In this document: piece by piece, positions 63,101 to 64,000 of the stretch
How positions within the stretch are numbered: position 1 is the first letter of the stretch
Layout of the letters: each line of letters starts with the position of its first letter
Source: Microbotryum violaceum
Taxonomy: Eukaryota
Length of the DNA: 64,000 bases
Direction: 5' to 3'
NCBI GenBank assembly: GCA_001244265.2
Contig: CDLV01000016.1
Location: 744,001 to 808,000 of the forward strand
Position numbers and translations under genes: made by a program
Notes under the pieces: generated by a model
Database searches by the model: none
The model's input: the letters and a program-made list of their open reading frames with translations, nothing else
Told to the model about the DNA's origin: nothing

Positions 63101-63269
63101 TCATTGCATCGTGGACATGAAATTATACTTTTCAAGTCAAGAGGTCTTCTTGAGAACTCTGGCGATTGCCCGGTTGCCAGCCTGACTCCTGTGGGTCTTG
63201 AACAAGAATGTGCGTAACACAAGAGGTATGACCATTGCAATTGATTTGAAGCGAGCAAAGGAAGAATCC

Positions 63270-63797
63270 ACAATACGAACGCTCGAGTTGCACACTGATA
63301 ATGATAGTCCGGTTGTGCGCTCGGTGCGAAACTTCCAAGTACACCTCAGTAAGATCTCGGACCAAAAGACAGCCTCCATTGACCAACACGGTCTCTCCCG
63401 TGATGAACAAGTTAACGAGTAGCATCAACGCCGTACTTTCAACATCCTTGGCGCCTGAGCCTCCGAGTGGGGTGGTGAAGCCGAAGTCTTCATTTGCGGT
63501 GCTTGCTACATGATGTTTTGAATTAGGGAAAGGGCTGGTCAAGCATCAGTTCCGAAGCCTTGAATTACCCTAATAGGGGCTATTTCTTTTCGCCAACATA
63601 CCCTCAATCGTACTCCTCCCCCAGTCATCGACCATTCCCGGCCTCGTCATGCCCGAAGCGAATAAACTCGGAGCGATCGCATTGAGCTTCACACCCAATG
63701 GGACAAATTCATGCGCCAAGAGGGCGGCCATGACTCCCATGGAGGCTTTGGAGAGTATGTAAGGGTTCTTATGGCCTGCTGTGGCGGGGTCCTGCAG
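63270..63797 (-). CDS. Short-chain dehydrogenase/reductase, 3' exons; gene continues beyond the right edge
   Basis: YILSK (YxxxK), LGVKLNAIAPSLFASGMT, FITGETVLVNGG; stop position uncertain. Confidence 0.75.
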
Positions 63798-64000
63798 GAT
63801 CGGCCGAAAAGAGCGCGCGGATCAATCTTCTTGAAAAGGGGCTACGGGATAGACCGAGTGCGCAGAGGCTGTGAGAATGCCGCTTCCGTCGCCTCGTCCT
63901 GGCCAGAGGGAGGGCCAAAGATAACTCGCCCGACCATCAGCACAGCGCTCAAGGGCACCCCAACCCACTCTCCCCAACCATCCCTTTCAACATACCTTAC

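Overview
This is intron-rich eukaryotic DNA from a basidiomycete fungus (gene style suggests Pucciniomycotina; inference). It carries about 14 housekeeping genes: ERV41-like, TPS1, UBP8, a PH-domain SLM1-like protein, a ZRC1-type CDF zinc transporter, an MP88-like GPI mannoprotein, M20 carboxypeptidase S, ACBP, a GT-B-fold protein, a DDHD phospholipase, a GT49/LARGE-like glycosyltransferase, GPI16, a Zn2Cys6 factor, plus a damaged alpha/beta hydrolase and a partial SDR. Transposon relics lie between them. The main find is a 6.55 kb DNA transposon (26683-33235) with 34-bp TIRs. It encodes one decayed polyprotein: Ulp1-like protease, acidic repeat, Zn finger and P-element-type DDE transposase. 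Two relics of a related family (741-2516 and about 45261-47956) share an identical 30-bp terminus homologous to these TIRs. Both also carry AcademH-like (DUF6589-type) transposase sequence, and the second has a RecQ-like helicase fragment as well. This suggests a composite P-like/AcademH element with two transposases. The window also holds a Copia 5' end nested in that relic, a LAGLIDADG NUMT and a TA-flanked pogo-like element. Gene coordinates are spans from manual exon reading, and family assignments come from motif recognition, not database searches.
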